Shown here piece by piece: positions 30,851 through 41,517 of a stretch of DNA of 64,000 nt (the first letter of the stretch is position 1; each line of letters opens with the position of its first letter). The notes below the pieces were generated by a model, which made no database searches, was not told the origin of the DNA, and saw nothing but the letters and a program-made list of their open reading frames with translations. Source of the DNA: Candidatus Gottesmanbacteria bacterium UBA5942 (lineage in GTDB: Bacteria > Patescibacteriota > Microgenomatia > UBA10105 > UBA927); contig DJCU01000040.1 of the NCBI GenBank assembly GCA_002430725.1, positions 15,401 to 79,400 of the forward strand, written 5' to 3'. The position numbers and the translations under genes are program-made.

Positions 30851-32059
30851 ATGGCATTTTTTTCCTATAAAGCGCGGGATAGCGCGGGCAAAGTAGCGAC
30901 AGGACTCGTGGAGGCCACAAACAAAGAAGCTGCCACACGATTACTTCACGAGAAGCAGCTATTTATTATTGGACTTACAGAGACACGCGCTCGTTCAAAA
31001 AGTGCGGCAGGCACACAGTTTCAGCGTGTAGGTTTTGGTGAGATTGTTAATTTTACCCGACAGCTTTCAACCATGGTTGTTGCCGGGTTGTCTCTTCCCG
31101 AGGCGCTTTCTATTCTTCGTATTCAAACAACGAATCCCGCTATGGGAAGCGTCCTTATGGAGGTTGAGCATCAGATAGTCGGTGGCGGAAACTTAGGAGA
31201 TGCACTCGCAAAATACCCTCAGCATTTTTCTGCAATTTACATTGCCCTTATTCGCGCTGGAGAATCCTCGGGACAACTTGACCAAGTGCTCGCAAGACTC
31301 GCAGATAGTTTGGAGTCGCAGCGTGATTTCAGAAGTAAAGTAAGCGGCGCCATGATTTACCCGGTGATTATCATCATTGGTATGGCAATTGTGGTCATGA
31401 TTATGATGACTGTCGTAATTCCGAAACTTACCGAGTTATATGCTGATTTCGGGGTTGATCTGCCATTTGCTACCCAACTGCTTATTTCTATTTCTCATTT
31501 TTTTGTGGGTTGGTGGTGGCTCATGATTGCACTCGTAGTTGGCGGAGGGTATGGTTTTATGCGATGGAAAAAAACACCAATCGGTGAGCTCGTGATCGAC
31601 TCATTTATCCTGCATATTCCCCTATTCGGAGAGCTACAAAAAAAGATCATATTGGTGGAGTTCACACGTACGTTGTCCATGCTTATTTCTTCCGGTATAC
31701 GGTTACTCGATGCACTCAGGATACTCAAAGACGCATTAGGTAATGTGTTGTTTCGTAATGCGATTGTCGATATTTCTAAAAAAGTTGAACGAGGATTTCC
31801 ATTGGGAGAAACATTTGCGCAGTATCCTGTGTTTCCACCAATCGTATCTCAAATGATGAAAGTCGGAGAAGAAACCGGCAAGCTCGATGATACACTCCTT
31901 AAGCTGTCAAAATATTTTCAGTCAGAATCCGAAAATTTGGTGAAGGGATTAACGACCGCCATAGAGCCGATTATTATGGTTGTTCTTGGGGTTGGTGTCG
32001 GATTTATCGTCATCTCTGTTATTACCCCTATTTACAACTTGACATCGCAGTTTAAATAA
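30851..32059 (+). CDS. pilC: Type IV pilus platform protein PilC (GspF family)
   Basis: Two GspF repeats, 3 TM segments. Confidence 0.85.
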   Translation: MAFFSYKARDSAGKVATGLVEATNKEAATRLLHEKQLFIIGLTETRARSKSAAGTQFQRVGFGEIVNFTRQLSTMVVAGLSLPEALSILRIQTTNPAMGSVLMEVEHQIVGGGNLGDALAKYPQHFSAIYIALIRAGESSGQLDQVLARLADSLESQRDFRSKVSGAMIYPVIIIIGMAIVVMIMMTVVIPKLTELYADFGVDLPFATQLLISISHFFVGWWWLMIALVVGGGYGFMRWKKTPIGELVIDSFILHIPLFGELQKKIILVEFTRTLSMLISSGIRLLDALRILKDALGNVLFRNAIVDISKKVERGFPLGETFAQYPVFPPIVSQMMKVGEETGKLDDTLLKLSKYFQSESENLVKGLTTAIEPIIMVVLGVGVGFIVISVITPIYNLTSQFK

Positions 32060-32589
32060 TGATAAACCTAGATTATATGAGAAATTATCTTGCCCAAAAT
32101 AAAGGTTTTACCTTAATCGAGCTTCTTATCGTTATTGCTCTTCTTGGAGCACTTGCAGTTGGACTTCTCGCTACTATCGATCCTTTCGAACAACTGAAAA
32201 AAGGTCGCGATACATCACTTCGGAATACTGTTTCCGAGTTTTATAACGCAAATTTGCGCTACTATGCTACCAAAGGGCAATTTTACTGGGGTACTGATGG
32301 TACTTCTGGAAGTGCCTATCCAAACTTTACCAGTACCATTACTGAGCTTATTACCGTAGGAGAACTGAAAGCGCGCTTTCAAGAGCTTGCTGGCAGTAGC
32401 AACTTAGCGAAAATCTATATCAATTCAACAAGCGGAGAGCATCTGTCTACCTGCTTTGTTCCTGAATCAAAAGCATTTCAGGAAGACTTGAACACGATCT
32501 ACGAAACCAGCGGTGAGCCTGCGACAAATACCTGCAAATCACAGACGACTGGCACTGCAGGTTCAAGTTGCGCCTTCTGTATACAGTAA
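32059..32589 (+). CDS. pilA: Type IVa major pilin (prepilin with N-terminal methylation motif)
   Basis: KGFTLIELLIVIALLGALAVG class III signal; C-terminal Cys pair (D-region). Confidence 0.8.
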   Translation: MINLDYMRNYLAQNKGFTLIELLIVIALLGALAVGLLATIDPFEQLKKGRDTSLRNTVSEFYNANLRYYATKGQFYWGTDGTSGSAYPNFTSTITELITVGELKARFQELAGSSNLAKIYINSTSGEHLSTCFVPESKAFQEDLNTIYETSGEPATNTCKSQTTGTAGSSCAFCIQ

Positions 32590-32619
32590 CGAACCATAGC
32601 GGTTTGTTATAATGCCCAC

Positions 32620-34629
32620 ATGATCGTATCATTCGTGATGTTTGTTCTATCGCTTGTCCTGTTTCTCGCGTTTCAGGCACAGGGAATTTATACAGGCGAT
32701 AGCGGAGACCTCGTTACTGCAGCATACATCGGAGGCGTGCCGCATCCCCCTGGGTATCCACTCTATACATTGTTAGGTTTTTTGCTTTCGAAACTCCCGT
32801 TTTTTAGCGTTTCGTGGCGATTAAGCTTGCTTTCTTCAATTCCTCATGCAATGAGCGTTGGGCTTGTATTTTTGCTCATTTATTACTTGACGAAAAAAAA
32901 TACATGGGCAGCGCTATTTGGTTCACTGCTGCTTTTGTCTAATTATCTCTTCTTTTTGTACAGTACGACTCCCGAAGTGTTCGCCATGTTTGATTTGTTT
33001 ATTCTAGCGTGTTGGTTTTTGCTTTACCGTTGGCAGGAAACCCGGAATTTTCGATATTTTTATTACGCGTGTTTTGTATTTGGGTTGTCACTCACCCATC
33101 ATCATGTCATGGCGTTTTTTGTCCCAGCATTTTCCTATTTTATATGGAAAAACACGCATGCGTATAAAAAGAAACTGACAATGCGCATGGTATTTTTGTC
33201 TATATTGTCATTTTTGGTTGGATTATTGCCGTACGCCTACGTGCCAGTGGCGGCAGTGCGGGATACAATTATCAATTGGGATAGAGCAGTAGACCTTTCG
33301 GGATTTGTGCGCCTCGTGACACGCGCTGACTATGGCACGTTTGTATCCGGTGGCGGGTATGGTGAAACCCTTGTTGAGCGGTGGTTTGCAGTGGTCGCAT
33401 ACGCTAATTTTCTGGTCACCGACTGGAGTTGGGTCGGTATTACGTTGACAATCGTAGGGTTGTGGGCGCTTTATAAAACACAGCGCATTTGGTTTTGGTC
33501 ATGGGTGATAGCGCTTCTTTGTGTCGGGCCACTCTTTTTCTTTTACGCAAGTTTTCCGCTCGCAAGTCGTTTTACATTGGGGACGTACGAACGATTTTTA
33601 TTGCCAAGTTATGTGCTCATGGGTGTCGCCTCCGGTATAGGATTAGGCGAAACACTGCGGATTATTTCTGGTATACTCACTCCCCGCTTGACGCTTTCAA
33701 AGCGCAAAGCAGTGATGGTACTGGTATTTTTGACCTTTCTTATTTATCCTCTCACCATTTCAGGTATCACGCTGTGGCGGTTTGTCGGGTTACCGAAAGA
33801 TCGGACTGCAGACAACATGGGTATCGATATATTAGAAAATACTGCCCCAGGAGCGATATTGTTAATGAGTCAGGACACTGCGTTGTTTACCACACAATAC
33901 GTGCGATATGCACTGGGCGTGCGACCTGACACTGCAGTTATTCATGCGGTACGATTACCTATCGAGGGATATCAGGCATCACTTACTAAATCTTTTCCGC
34001 ATCTCGTTTTCCCAAAAGCTTCGCCTGCGACTTACGTTGAGGAATTTGTTAAAGCAAACCGGACACAATCGCAACGAATATATAGCAATGTCATTTTGCC
34101 TGCGGGTGAAGGGTGGTATTGGGTGCCTCGTGGGATGCTCTATGAGGCAGTTCCGTTTGACGAGCTACCCGGTGATGAGGTTATGTATCAGGATGCGAAA
34201 GCGCATCTTACGCGACTCCATGATCCACGTTCTGGAATTTTGGGTCGTTATGAACACCTTATGTTGTCTGATGTGCTAGATGTCTACGGCCATGCCGCCA
34301 TAGCGCTGGGGAAAACACTTGTACGTGCTGATCGATGGGAAGATGCGAGAGTAGAATTTACGCGCGCAGTGTCATACGCAGGCGACACCAGTATCGGTGA
34401 GGCGTTGGAACTGTTAGGACTTACTCATTTGCACTTTAAGGACTGTGATGCGGCACTTCGTGCGTTTCGCGAAGCGAAAGAACGTTCAATTGTGATTTCT
34501 CCCCGACACATTATGCTCGAGTCCGTTACGTTCGGTGAGTGCGTGGGCGATGAGAAGCGCGCTTCTGAGCTTTTTTCGGAGTATGAACGACTACGTTCCG
34601 CTTCAGAGCAATCATTAGAAGCGCTGTAA
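32620..34629 (+). CDS. GT-C-type polytopic membrane glycosyltransferase-like protein (DUF2723/PMT/TMTC-like) with C-terminal TPR repeats
   Basis: About 11 N-terminal TM helices with aromatic-rich loops, C-terminal TPR (ALGKTLVRADRWEDARVEFTRAVSYAGD...); sits directly downstream of the pilin gene. Confidence 0.5.
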   Translation: MIVSFVMFVLSLVLFLAFQAQGIYTGDSGDLVTAAYIGGVPHPPGYPLYTLLGFLLSKLPFFSVSWRLSLLSSIPHAMSVGLVFLLIYYLTKKNTWAALFGSLLLLSNYLFFLYSTTPEVFAMFDLFILACWFLLYRWQETRNFRYFYYACFVFGLSLTHHHVMAFFVPAFSYFIWKNTHAYKKKLTMRMVFLSILSFLVGLLPYAYVPVAAVRDTIINWDRAVDLSGFVRLVTRADYGTFVSGGGYGETLVERWFAVVAYANFLVTDWSWVGITLTIVGLWALYKTQRIWFWSWVIALLCVGPLFFFYASFPLASRFTLGTYERFLLPSYVLMGVASGIGLGETLRIISGILTPRLTLSKRKAVMVLVFLTFLIYPLTISGITLWRFVGLPKDRTADNMGIDILENTAPGAILLMSQDTALFTTQYVRYALGVRPDTAVIHAVRLPIEGYQASLTKSFPHLVFPKASPATYVEEFVKANRTQSQRIYSNVILPAGEGWYWVPRGMLYEAVPFDELPGDEVMYQDAKAHLTRLHDPRSGILGRYEHLMLSDVLDVYGHAAIALGKTLVRADRWEDARVEFTRAVSYAGDTSIGEALELLGLTHLHFKDCDAALRAFREAKERSIVISPRHIMLESVTFGECVGDEKRASELFSEYERLRSASEQSLEAL

Positions 34630-36763
34630 TGATGGCGCTTATTGCGCTTATTATCGCTCCCCACCTGAGTGTCAGAGGCGCATAGATAAACGACACTTCA
34701 TGCGTACCTTCTGGTACTATTATTGCCCGTTGCGATAGATTTGCGGCAAATATTGGTGTTTCTTTGTCATCCACTGTTGCTATCCAACCGGGGTAATGCG
34801 TATCGGCTAGCACCAGTAGCCCTGGAGTTGCCATCGTAACAGCAAGGTCAACGCGTACGTGAGCGTCAGTTTGCCATGCAATATGGTCAGCTTGTGTATT
34901 GCGTAAGGTGTGAGGTTGTTTTTCTATAAGTTGTGAAAGAAAGGTGTTGTTTTTTACTTCGTGTTGCTCAAGCATAACCGAACTTCCTACACGAAAATCA
35001 GGGTTACGAAGGGTAAGAATTGCATCTTTCAGAGTTGCGGCGATTGTTGCCTCATGTACGGTATATGCGCGAGGAAGTGCCTCATCGTTGGTGTAAAGAG
35101 TGACTGCAAAATCAGCAGATTTTTTATGATACGCCTCTCGAAGCGCTGGAGGTGCAGTGAGCGGAAGAAATGAAACGACATTGCCGATTGCATACATATT
35201 TGCGAGGTGAAGCGCTGAGATTGTGGCGTGTTGTGCGTCAATGGTTACTGTTTCGTCAAGGAGGCTGCCGCCAATTGCTGGTCGGTGAAGGTATCGGCCT
35301 GCATATACCTGTGCCTGATCCACCCCCCACAAGATGTTGCTGTTGGGTGATAAGCTATCTTTAAGTGAACGAAATCCTTCAGGTTTGCTCCAGCCAGTGG
35401 TAATCATCATGTCGTTATATATACTGCTATCGCCAATAGTAAGCACTCGGCCTGGCCCTACATAGTTTTTGAGGTCAGGTGCTTCTATCCATAATGCCGC
35501 AGGTTCAATAAGGTGGTATGACCACCAGGTGTACATAAGTTGTCCGCTATGGAGCGCCATAAGGCTATAAATAAAAATATATGAAAGTGGGGTGCGGATA
35601 TGCCTGCGGAGCGTATCAAACGTATGTGCCGCGATAAATGATATGCCGATAATGACAAGCCAAAGAAACCGTGAAGGCACTCGGAAAAGATTGAGTGGCC
35701 ATATACTAAATACGATATATGTAGGCGCATATTTGCCACCCGCAAGCGTGAGTGAGACGATAACGACAAGCCACCAGAATATAATAGTGGGATTTTTGCG
35801 GATGCGAAAAAGACTTAACACAAGAAGAAATAGTGGAATAAGTCCGATATAGGCAGTATTTTCCCAAAATATGCTTCCGTCAAACGCATAAAAAGGCGGG
35901 TACGTTCCATTGGCCGGGTTTCCAAGAAAAAACGGTGAAATAAACGAAACGAGATGTTTTATTGGCATGGAATACATGGTTGCTGCTTCAGGACTAAAAC
36001 CAGATGGACTTGGGCTTTCTTTAAGAAATTCCCAAGATGGCAGAAGTTGCATAGCTCCCCCACCGATGCCCAACAAGAGAGAGATAGACCAGTACCATAT
36101 AGCTCGCCAATTTTTATTGGGTAACGTAAGCCAGAGAACGATTACGCCTGATATGACGAGGGTAAGAAATGTCGCCTGAGGAAATCCTGCATATATTTGT
36201 TGTGAAAGCGACAATGCAAGAAGTCCACCCCAGGGAAATGGTTTACTGGTGACAACCAATATACTGAGTGTCGCAATAATTGGAAGCATGCTCATTCCCT
36301 GGAGCAGTGTAATATGGGGTAGTTGGGTTATGGTAAGGCTCGAAAACATAACGGTTACCGCGGTAAACCAGCTCGAAAGTGGAGAAAGTCGCATTACCCT
36401 GCACCACCAATAGATACCTAACCCAAGTGTGAGGACGGCAAGGGTAAGCGTGAGGTTATATGCAGTAACAGGCTCAAAGAGGCTAAAAAACACGAGATTT
36501 GGAAGAAAAAATACTCCGGTTTGTCCCTCAGCAAGGAGTGGAAATCCTTGACCCACGTCACTTCTCCATAGTGGAAGGGTATGGGATTGGAGCGCTTGGG
36601 AAAGTGCAAATTTTGTCACAAAACTAAAATGCCATGCGTCACTTCTCCCATAGTCAGGAGTCACGATAAGTTGTGGTGTGGGATAAAATAAACGTCCAAA
36701 AAAAACGCCTACCAGGAGAAAAAGCGAAATAATGCCTATACGATCAGCCCAAACACTGCGCAT
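34526..36763 (-). CDS. YfhO-family GT-C membrane glycosyltransferase-like protein
   Basis: 745 aa, many TM helices, YfhO-like N-terminus (LFYPTPQLIVTPDYGRSDAWHFSF); convergent with the upstream gene and overlapping it by about 100 nt. Confidence 0.5.
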   Translation of the reverse strand: MRSVWADRIGIISLFLLVGVFFGRLFYPTPQLIVTPDYGRSDAWHFSFVTKFALSQALQSHTLPLWRSDVGQGFPLLAEGQTGVFFLPNLVFFSLFEPVTAYNLTLTLAVLTLGLGIYWWCRVMRLSPLSSWFTAVTVMFSSLTITQLPHITLLQGMSMLPIIATLSILVVTSKPFPWGGLLALSLSQQIYAGFPQATFLTLVISGVIVLWLTLPNKNWRAIWYWSISLLLGIGGGAMQLLPSWEFLKESPSPSGFSPEAATMYSMPIKHLVSFISPFFLGNPANGTYPPFYAFDGSIFWENTAYIGLIPLFLLVLSLFRIRKNPTIIFWWLVVIVSLTLAGGKYAPTYIVFSIWPLNLFRVPSRFLWLVIIGISFIAAHTFDTLRRHIRTPLSYIFIYSLMALHSGQLMYTWWSYHLIEPAALWIEAPDLKNYVGPGRVLTIGDSSIYNDMMITTGWSKPEGFRSLKDSLSPNSNILWGVDQAQVYAGRYLHRPAIGGSLLDETVTIDAQHATISALHLANMYAIGNVVSFLPLTAPPALREAYHKKSADFAVTLYTNDEALPRAYTVHEATIAATLKDAILTLRNPDFRVGSSVMLEQHEVKNNTFLSQLIEKQPHTLRNTQADHIAWQTDAHVRVDLAVTMATPGLLVLADTHYPGWIATVDDKETPIFAANLSQRAIIVPEGTHEVSFIYAPLTLRWGAIISAISAIITALLMIALKRNVVVHTPKKAQKRASHRPRTHRT

Positions 36764-36847
36764 ATTAATTGTCTAGTCTACGGGTTTTCTCTTTTCCCCG
36801 CAACGCCTTATTGAAAGTTTTGTTTCTGTAGTCGATACTTTATATAT

Positions 36848-37600
36848 ATGATCTCCGGATTTATATTTCTCTTTGGGTTAGTAATCGGTTCATTTCTCAA
36901 TGTTGTCATAGATCGTTTGCCTCACGGGGAAAATATTATTTGGAAGCCATCACATTGTGATTTTTGTAAAAAGCACTTGCGGTGGTTCGAACTTGTTCCG
37001 GTGATTTCATTTCTCTTTCAGGGTGGTCTATGTCGGAGATGTCACGCTCGGCTATCGTGGCAGTACCCCATGATGGAAGTGGTAACAGGAATTGGTTTTG
37101 TATTGCTAAGTCGCCAGTTTGATGTCGCAAGCGTCATGTTTTTGGCCGCCATCTTCGTGTACTCATTGTTTCTCGTTATTTTTGTGATTGATCTAAAGCA
37201 TCAGATTATTCCGGATAGTATGCTTCTTTTGCTACTTTTCGTATTTATTATCGTTGGTATAGCATTCCCTACTCCTGATCGTTTTTTGCATGTTGTTGCA
37301 GGTCTTGGTGCAGGTGCATTTTTCTTTCTGTTATGGCTTATTACCCGCGGCAAAGGTTTGGGGTTTGGTGATGTAAAACTTGTGGTGCTGATAGGATTGT
37401 TTCTCGGATACCCAGGAACGGTATTTGCTCTGTATATCGCTTTCTTGACCGGCGCTATTGCGGGTGTCATACTGATGATAACCAAGCATGCCAAAATGAA
37501 ATCGCGCATCGCTTTTGGACCGTTCCTTCTACTGGGAACGCTGAGCGCGTATGTATGGGGTGATAGTATGTGGCGTTGGTGGATGGGATTATTTATATGA
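36848..37600 (+). CDS. pilD: Prepilin peptidase PilD (A24 family)
   Basis: Zinc-binding CDFC...CRRC; catalytic DLKHQIIPD and GFGDVKL motifs. Confidence 0.85.
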   Translation: MISGFIFLFGLVIGSFLNVVIDRLPHGENIIWKPSHCDFCKKHLRWFELVPVISFLFQGGLCRRCHARLSWQYPMMEVVTGIGFVLLSRQFDVASVMFLAAIFVYSLFLVIFVIDLKHQIIPDSMLLLLLFVFIIVGIAFPTPDRFLHVVAGLGAGAFFFLLWLITRGKGLGFGDVKLVVLIGLFLGYPGTVFALYIAFLTGAIAGVILMITKHAKMKSRIAFGPFLLLGTLSAYVWGDSMWRWWMGLFI

Positions 37601-38067
37601 AGCGGTATTTATCACAACAGCGTAATGATCGGATACATGGGTTTTCGCTTGTTGAGCTACTGATTACGGTGTCGATTATCGCCATTCTTGTGGCGATCGG
37701 TATCGCATCATACGCCACCATAAACAGACAGTCACGAGATACGAGGCGAAAAAGCGACCTTGAGCAAATTCGTTCGGCGCTTGAAATGTACCGTGCGGAC
37801 AACGGATATTATCCAGCGGCAAATGGATCGTCATGGGTGGTAGCATCTGAACCAACACTCGGTTTGACGACCGCCCTCGTGCCTACCTATCTGCCGATCA
37901 TTCCGACTGACCCTAGCTCACCAGACCAAGACTATATGTATCAAGCGACCAATGTAGCGAGCGGTTTGTATTACGGATACTGTATAAGTGGTGGGTTGGA
38001 AGGTGAAGATCCGACCGATACCTGTACTCCTGCACCTACCCACACCTATGGCTTGAAAAATCCATGA
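37597..38067 (+). CDS. Minor pilin / pseudopilin (GspG/PilE-like)
   Basis: GFSLVELLITVSIIAILVAIG prepilin signal; ATGA overlap with the pilD stop. Confidence 0.7.
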   Translation: MKRYLSQQRNDRIHGFSLVELLITVSIIAILVAIGIASYATINRQSRDTRRKSDLEQIRSALEMYRADNGYYPAANGSSWVVASEPTLGLTTALVPTYLPIIPTDPSSPDQDYMYQATNVASGLYYGYCISGGLEGEDPTDTCTPAPTHTYGLKNP

Positions 38068-38534
38068 TGAAGAAAGGATTTACCCTCATTGAATTGTTAA
38101 TCGTTATTCTCATATTGGTCACCATTATGGGATTGGGTATGGCGAGTTTTAATTCCTTTAATCGTAGGGAGCGTCTAAAGCAAACTGGTCTCACACTCAG
38201 GTCAAATTTGCGGTTTAGTCAAACCAAGGCGATATCAGCGCAGAAACCTGCTTCTAACTGTACCACGTATGTGGGTATGCGAATTAGCTTTTCCGAAACA
38301 TCCTATAGCTCACAGCATGAATGTGATCCGGAGGGTTTAGTAGGGTCAGTTGATGTTGTCACGTTACCTATGGGAATTACTTTTTTACCGATACCTGCTG
38401 ATTTTACATTTCTTACCCGTACGAATACCGCAAGCATAGCGAACGATGTCACCATTACTCTGACAAACGAAGATCAGAATTACTCTCTCACGTTATCGCC
38501 TAGTGGTAATATTCGTGATTTAGGATTTGAATAA
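38064..38534 (+). CDS. Minor pilin (GspH/FimT-like)
   Basis: KGFTLIELLIVILILVTIMG prepilin signal. Confidence 0.7.
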   Translation: MMKKGFTLIELLIVILILVTIMGLGMASFNSFNRRERLKQTGLTLRSNLRFSQTKAISAQKPASNCTTYVGMRISFSETSYSSQHECDPEGLVGSVDVVTLPMGITFLPIPADFTFLTRTNTASIANDVTITLTNEDQNYSLTLSPSGNIRDLGFE

Positions 38535-38542
38535 GTTTTACT

Positions 38543-38992
38543 ATGAAGCACAGAAAACGAGAGTCGGGTCAAACATTATTAGAGCTTGTTATTGCGTTGG
38601 GAGTTGTTGCTGTTGTTATTACTGCACTCGTGTCTGCGGTGACTGCTTCGCTTCGGTATAGTCAGGCGACTCGGTTTCGGAGCAGAGCAGTAAAATTTGC
38701 GCAAGAAGGCGTTGAGCTTACGCGGAAAGTTCGTGATGAGCAGCCTTGGAGCACATTTTTTGCATACACTGGTGGCGATGGAAGATGGTGTCTAGACGCA
38801 TCTGGCGTATGGACAGATGATGATGGCAATGGGACATGTCCGTTAGCAGCGGGAGATAATTTTTGGCGAAGCGTACACTTTTCCTGGGATGACACAGAAG
38901 ATATTATGATAGTAACAGTGCGCGTATCGTGGGGTGATCGTAGTACTCCATCTACTGTTGAGCTGGTTACTCATTTTACGGAATGGAAATGA
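38543..38992 (+). CDS. Minor pilin (PilV/GspI-like)
   Basis: GQTLLELVIALGVVAVVI prepilin signal. Confidence 0.65.
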   Translation: MKHRKRESGQTLLELVIALGVVAVVITALVSAVTASLRYSQATRFRSRAVKFAQEGVELTRKVRDEQPWSTFFAYTGGDGRWCLDASGVWTDDDGNGTCPLAAGDNFWRSVHFSWDDTEDIMIVTVRVSWGDRSTPSTVELVTHFTEWK

Positions 38993-39555
38993 AAAAAATA
39001 GAACACATAGCGCATCGACAGGCTGGATTTACGTTGCTTGAAATGGTCGTGTCTATTGCGATTGTTGCGTTAGTCGCGACAGTACTGAGTCAGGTGTTTA
39101 TTTCTACACTGCGTACGAATACCAAAACAGAAATTCTTAAAGACATGAAGCAAAACGGTGAGTTGGCGCTCGAAAATATGGTGCGCATGATCCAAAACGC
39201 ACAGGATATTACCAGCACATGTGAAAGTACTGGAACGAGCAGTCAAACTATTACCCTTCTTAATCCTGATGGCAAAGAAACCAGCTTAGGTTGCATTGTA
39301 GACGGCACTATTACCCGGTTGGCATCAACAAGCGCGGAGGGAACAGAATACCTTACCTCTAGTAATGTCACCGCGGGTGGCACGACATGTGCAGGAAGCT
39401 CGATTGAATTTCTGTGTAAAGGTGGCGCGGGGGTTGCACCTAGCGTCACTATATCATTTCAGCTCGCGCAATCAGGTACTGCTGTCGGAGTATTTGAACA
39501 GTCTAGCGAGTCGTTTCAGACAAGCGCAAACATGAGAAACATTTTTAAGGAATGA
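38983..39555 (+). CDS. Minor pilin (PilW/GspJ-like)
   Basis: AGFTLLEMVVSIAIVALV prepilin signal. Confidence 0.65.
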   Translation: MEMKKIEHIAHRQAGFTLLEMVVSIAIVALVATVLSQVFISTLRTNTKTEILKDMKQNGELALENMVRMIQNAQDITSTCESTGTSSQTITLLNPDGKETSLGCIVDGTITRLASTSAEGTEYLTSSNVTAGGTTCAGSSIEFLCKGGAGVAPSVTISFQLAQSGTAVGVFEQSSESFQTSANMRNIFKE

Positions 39556-40454
39556 AGCTTCTTGCGAAGGAGCGAGAAATGTATAACAATAGTCGTATGA
39601 GGAGAATTAATGCTATGAAGAATTCATTTGAGCAGGGTCAAATATTGCTCATTACCCTTCTCGTATTGACTGTTGCAACCACGATTGCCCTCTCCCTCAT
39701 CGGTAGGGCAACTATCGATTTGTCGATGAGTAATCAATTAGAAGAATCTACCCGCGCGTTTAATGCTGCTGAAGCAGGTATTGAACAGGCATTGCAATCA
39801 GGCTCAGAGACGGCAACAGGACCGGTGACGCTTACATCAGGCGTGACCTACGAGGTTTCGGTTAACTCTATCGGTGGACAGCCGGGCGTATTTCAGCTTG
39901 CGCGTAAAACACCAAAAAATGTGACGGAAACAATATGGTTGGTTAACCATGACCCCACTACAGGTGCTCTTGATGAGACGCGAGTTTTTGACGACAACAC
40001 CCTTTCGCTATGCTGGAGTCAGGAAGAAGCGCCCGATGTCGCCGCAGCGCTCGAAGTGACGGTACTGTATAAAGACAATCTAAATGAGTATCACGCAGCC
40101 CGCATGGCGGTTGATCCGGACGCCGTCACCCGTAACAACAATTTTGATTCATCAGGTATCACCCTTGATGGATGCGGACTTGGATATTATGAAAAACAGG
40201 TGGACTTTACGACACTAGGTATTAGTCCAGCTGGCACCGATACGTTACTCGCACTTCGTATCCGTCCGATATATGCAGACGCTACTATTGCTATAGATAG
40301 CGCCTCAGATATTCCCCAACAAGGGAATGTGATTGAATCTGTCGGAAGGACCGGTACTGGAGTCAGTCGAAAAGTGGTGGTGTATCAGCAATATCGCGCT
40401 CCGCTTTCCGTATTTGATTCGGTACTATTCAGTCAGTCATCGCTCAGTCACTAA
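39552..40454 (+). CDS. PilX/GspK-like minor pilin
   Basis: QGQILLITLLVLTVATTIALS PilX N-terminal motif; the start may be the internal MKNSFEQ. Confidence 0.5.
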   Translation: MKLLAKEREMYNNSRMRRINAMKNSFEQGQILLITLLVLTVATTIALSLIGRATIDLSMSNQLEESTRAFNAAEAGIEQALQSGSETATGPVTLTSGVTYEVSVNSIGGQPGVFQLARKTPKNVTETIWLVNHDPTTGALDETRVFDDNTLSLCWSQEEAPDVAAALEVTVLYKDNLNEYHAARMAVDPDAVTRNNNFDSSGITLDGCGLGYYEKQVDFTTLGISPAGTDTLLALRIRPIYADATIAIDSASDIPQQGNVIESVGRTGTGVSRKVVVYQQYRAPLSVFDSVLFSQSSLSH

Positions 40455-40485
40455 AACAAGGGAAGGAGTATAGATATACTGCCCT

Positions 40486-41511
40486 ATGAAATCCATTTTA
40501 GGTCTTGATATCGGTTCACATAGTATAAAACTCGTTGAGATAGGCTCGTCCGGCACAGAGCGTCATTTACTTGCCGCAGGAAGCATACCAACACCCCCCA
40601 AAGCACTCCAGTCTTCGTTAGACGCTGATCATCAGGCTGTCGCGATGGCGATAAAGCAACTCATAAAAGAAACAGGTGCGAAATCAACGTCTGTAGCGTT
40701 TGCATTGCCGGAGTCACAGGTATTTACTCGGGTCATCGAAGTGCCGGCATTATCGCAGCGCGAACTTTCAAGCGCCATAGGATGGGAGGCAGAGCAGTAT
40801 ATTCCCCTACCGCTTGATCAAGTAAATTTGGATTACTCGATACTTCGGGATGCCAAAGAAACAGGTACGGATAAAATGGACGTATTGCTTGTCGCGTGCC
40901 CCAAAAATTTATTGGAAAAATATCTTTCTATCCTTGAAGCTGCCGAGCTCATCCCCCTAGCTGCCGAAACCGAAATTATTGCAACCGCGAGGGCATTGTC
41001 CCGTTCGGTTGCGACTATCAAAAACGCGGCGCTCTTGGTGTCTTTGGGAGCGCAAACAACCGATCTTGCCATTTTACGCGGGGGTGTATTGGCGTTTACT
41101 CGTTCGATTGCCGCTGGCGGAGAAGCGCTTTCTCGGGCATTGGTGTCGGGATTGGATTTTAATACCAATCAGGCAGAAGAGTTTAAACGTACCTACGGGC
41201 TGGAGCAGGATAAACTACAAGGGAAAATAGTAGCTGCAGTGAAGCCGATTATGGATACGATTATAGGAGAAATGAAGCGAGCGCTTGCGTATTATAGTGA
41301 GAAACATAAGGATGAGCGCGTGGAAGTGACACTACTTTCTGGAGGCACCGCGAAGCTCCCCGGTATGGTTGTGTATATTGCCCAAAATGTGGGTATAGAG
41401 GCACAGCTTGCAAACCCCTGGGTCGGTATCAAGCGTGACCCACGATTTGCTGTATTAGATAAAGAAGGAGCGACTTTCACCGTAGCGGTAGGTCTCGCTC
41501 TTCGGGAGTGA
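40486..41511 (+). CDS. pilM: Type IV pilus assembly protein PilM (actin-like ATPase fold)
   Basis: ILGLDIGSHSIKLVEIG phosphate-1 motif; FtsA/PilM architecture. Confidence 0.85.
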   Translation: MKSILGLDIGSHSIKLVEIGSSGTERHLLAAGSIPTPPKALQSSLDADHQAVAMAIKQLIKETGAKSTSVAFALPESQVFTRVIEVPALSQRELSSAIGWEAEQYIPLPLDQVNLDYSILRDAKETGTDKMDVLLVACPKNLLEKYLSILEAAELIPLAAETEIIATARALSRSVATIKNAALLVSLGAQTTDLAILRGGVLAFTRSIAAGGEALSRALVSGLDFNTNQAEEFKRTYGLEQDKLQGKIVAAVKPIMDTIIGEMKRALAYYSEKHKDERVEVTLLSGGTAKLPGMVVYIAQNVGIEAQLANPWVGIKRDPRFAVLDKEGATFTVAVGLALRE

Positions 41512-41517
41512 TCGCGC

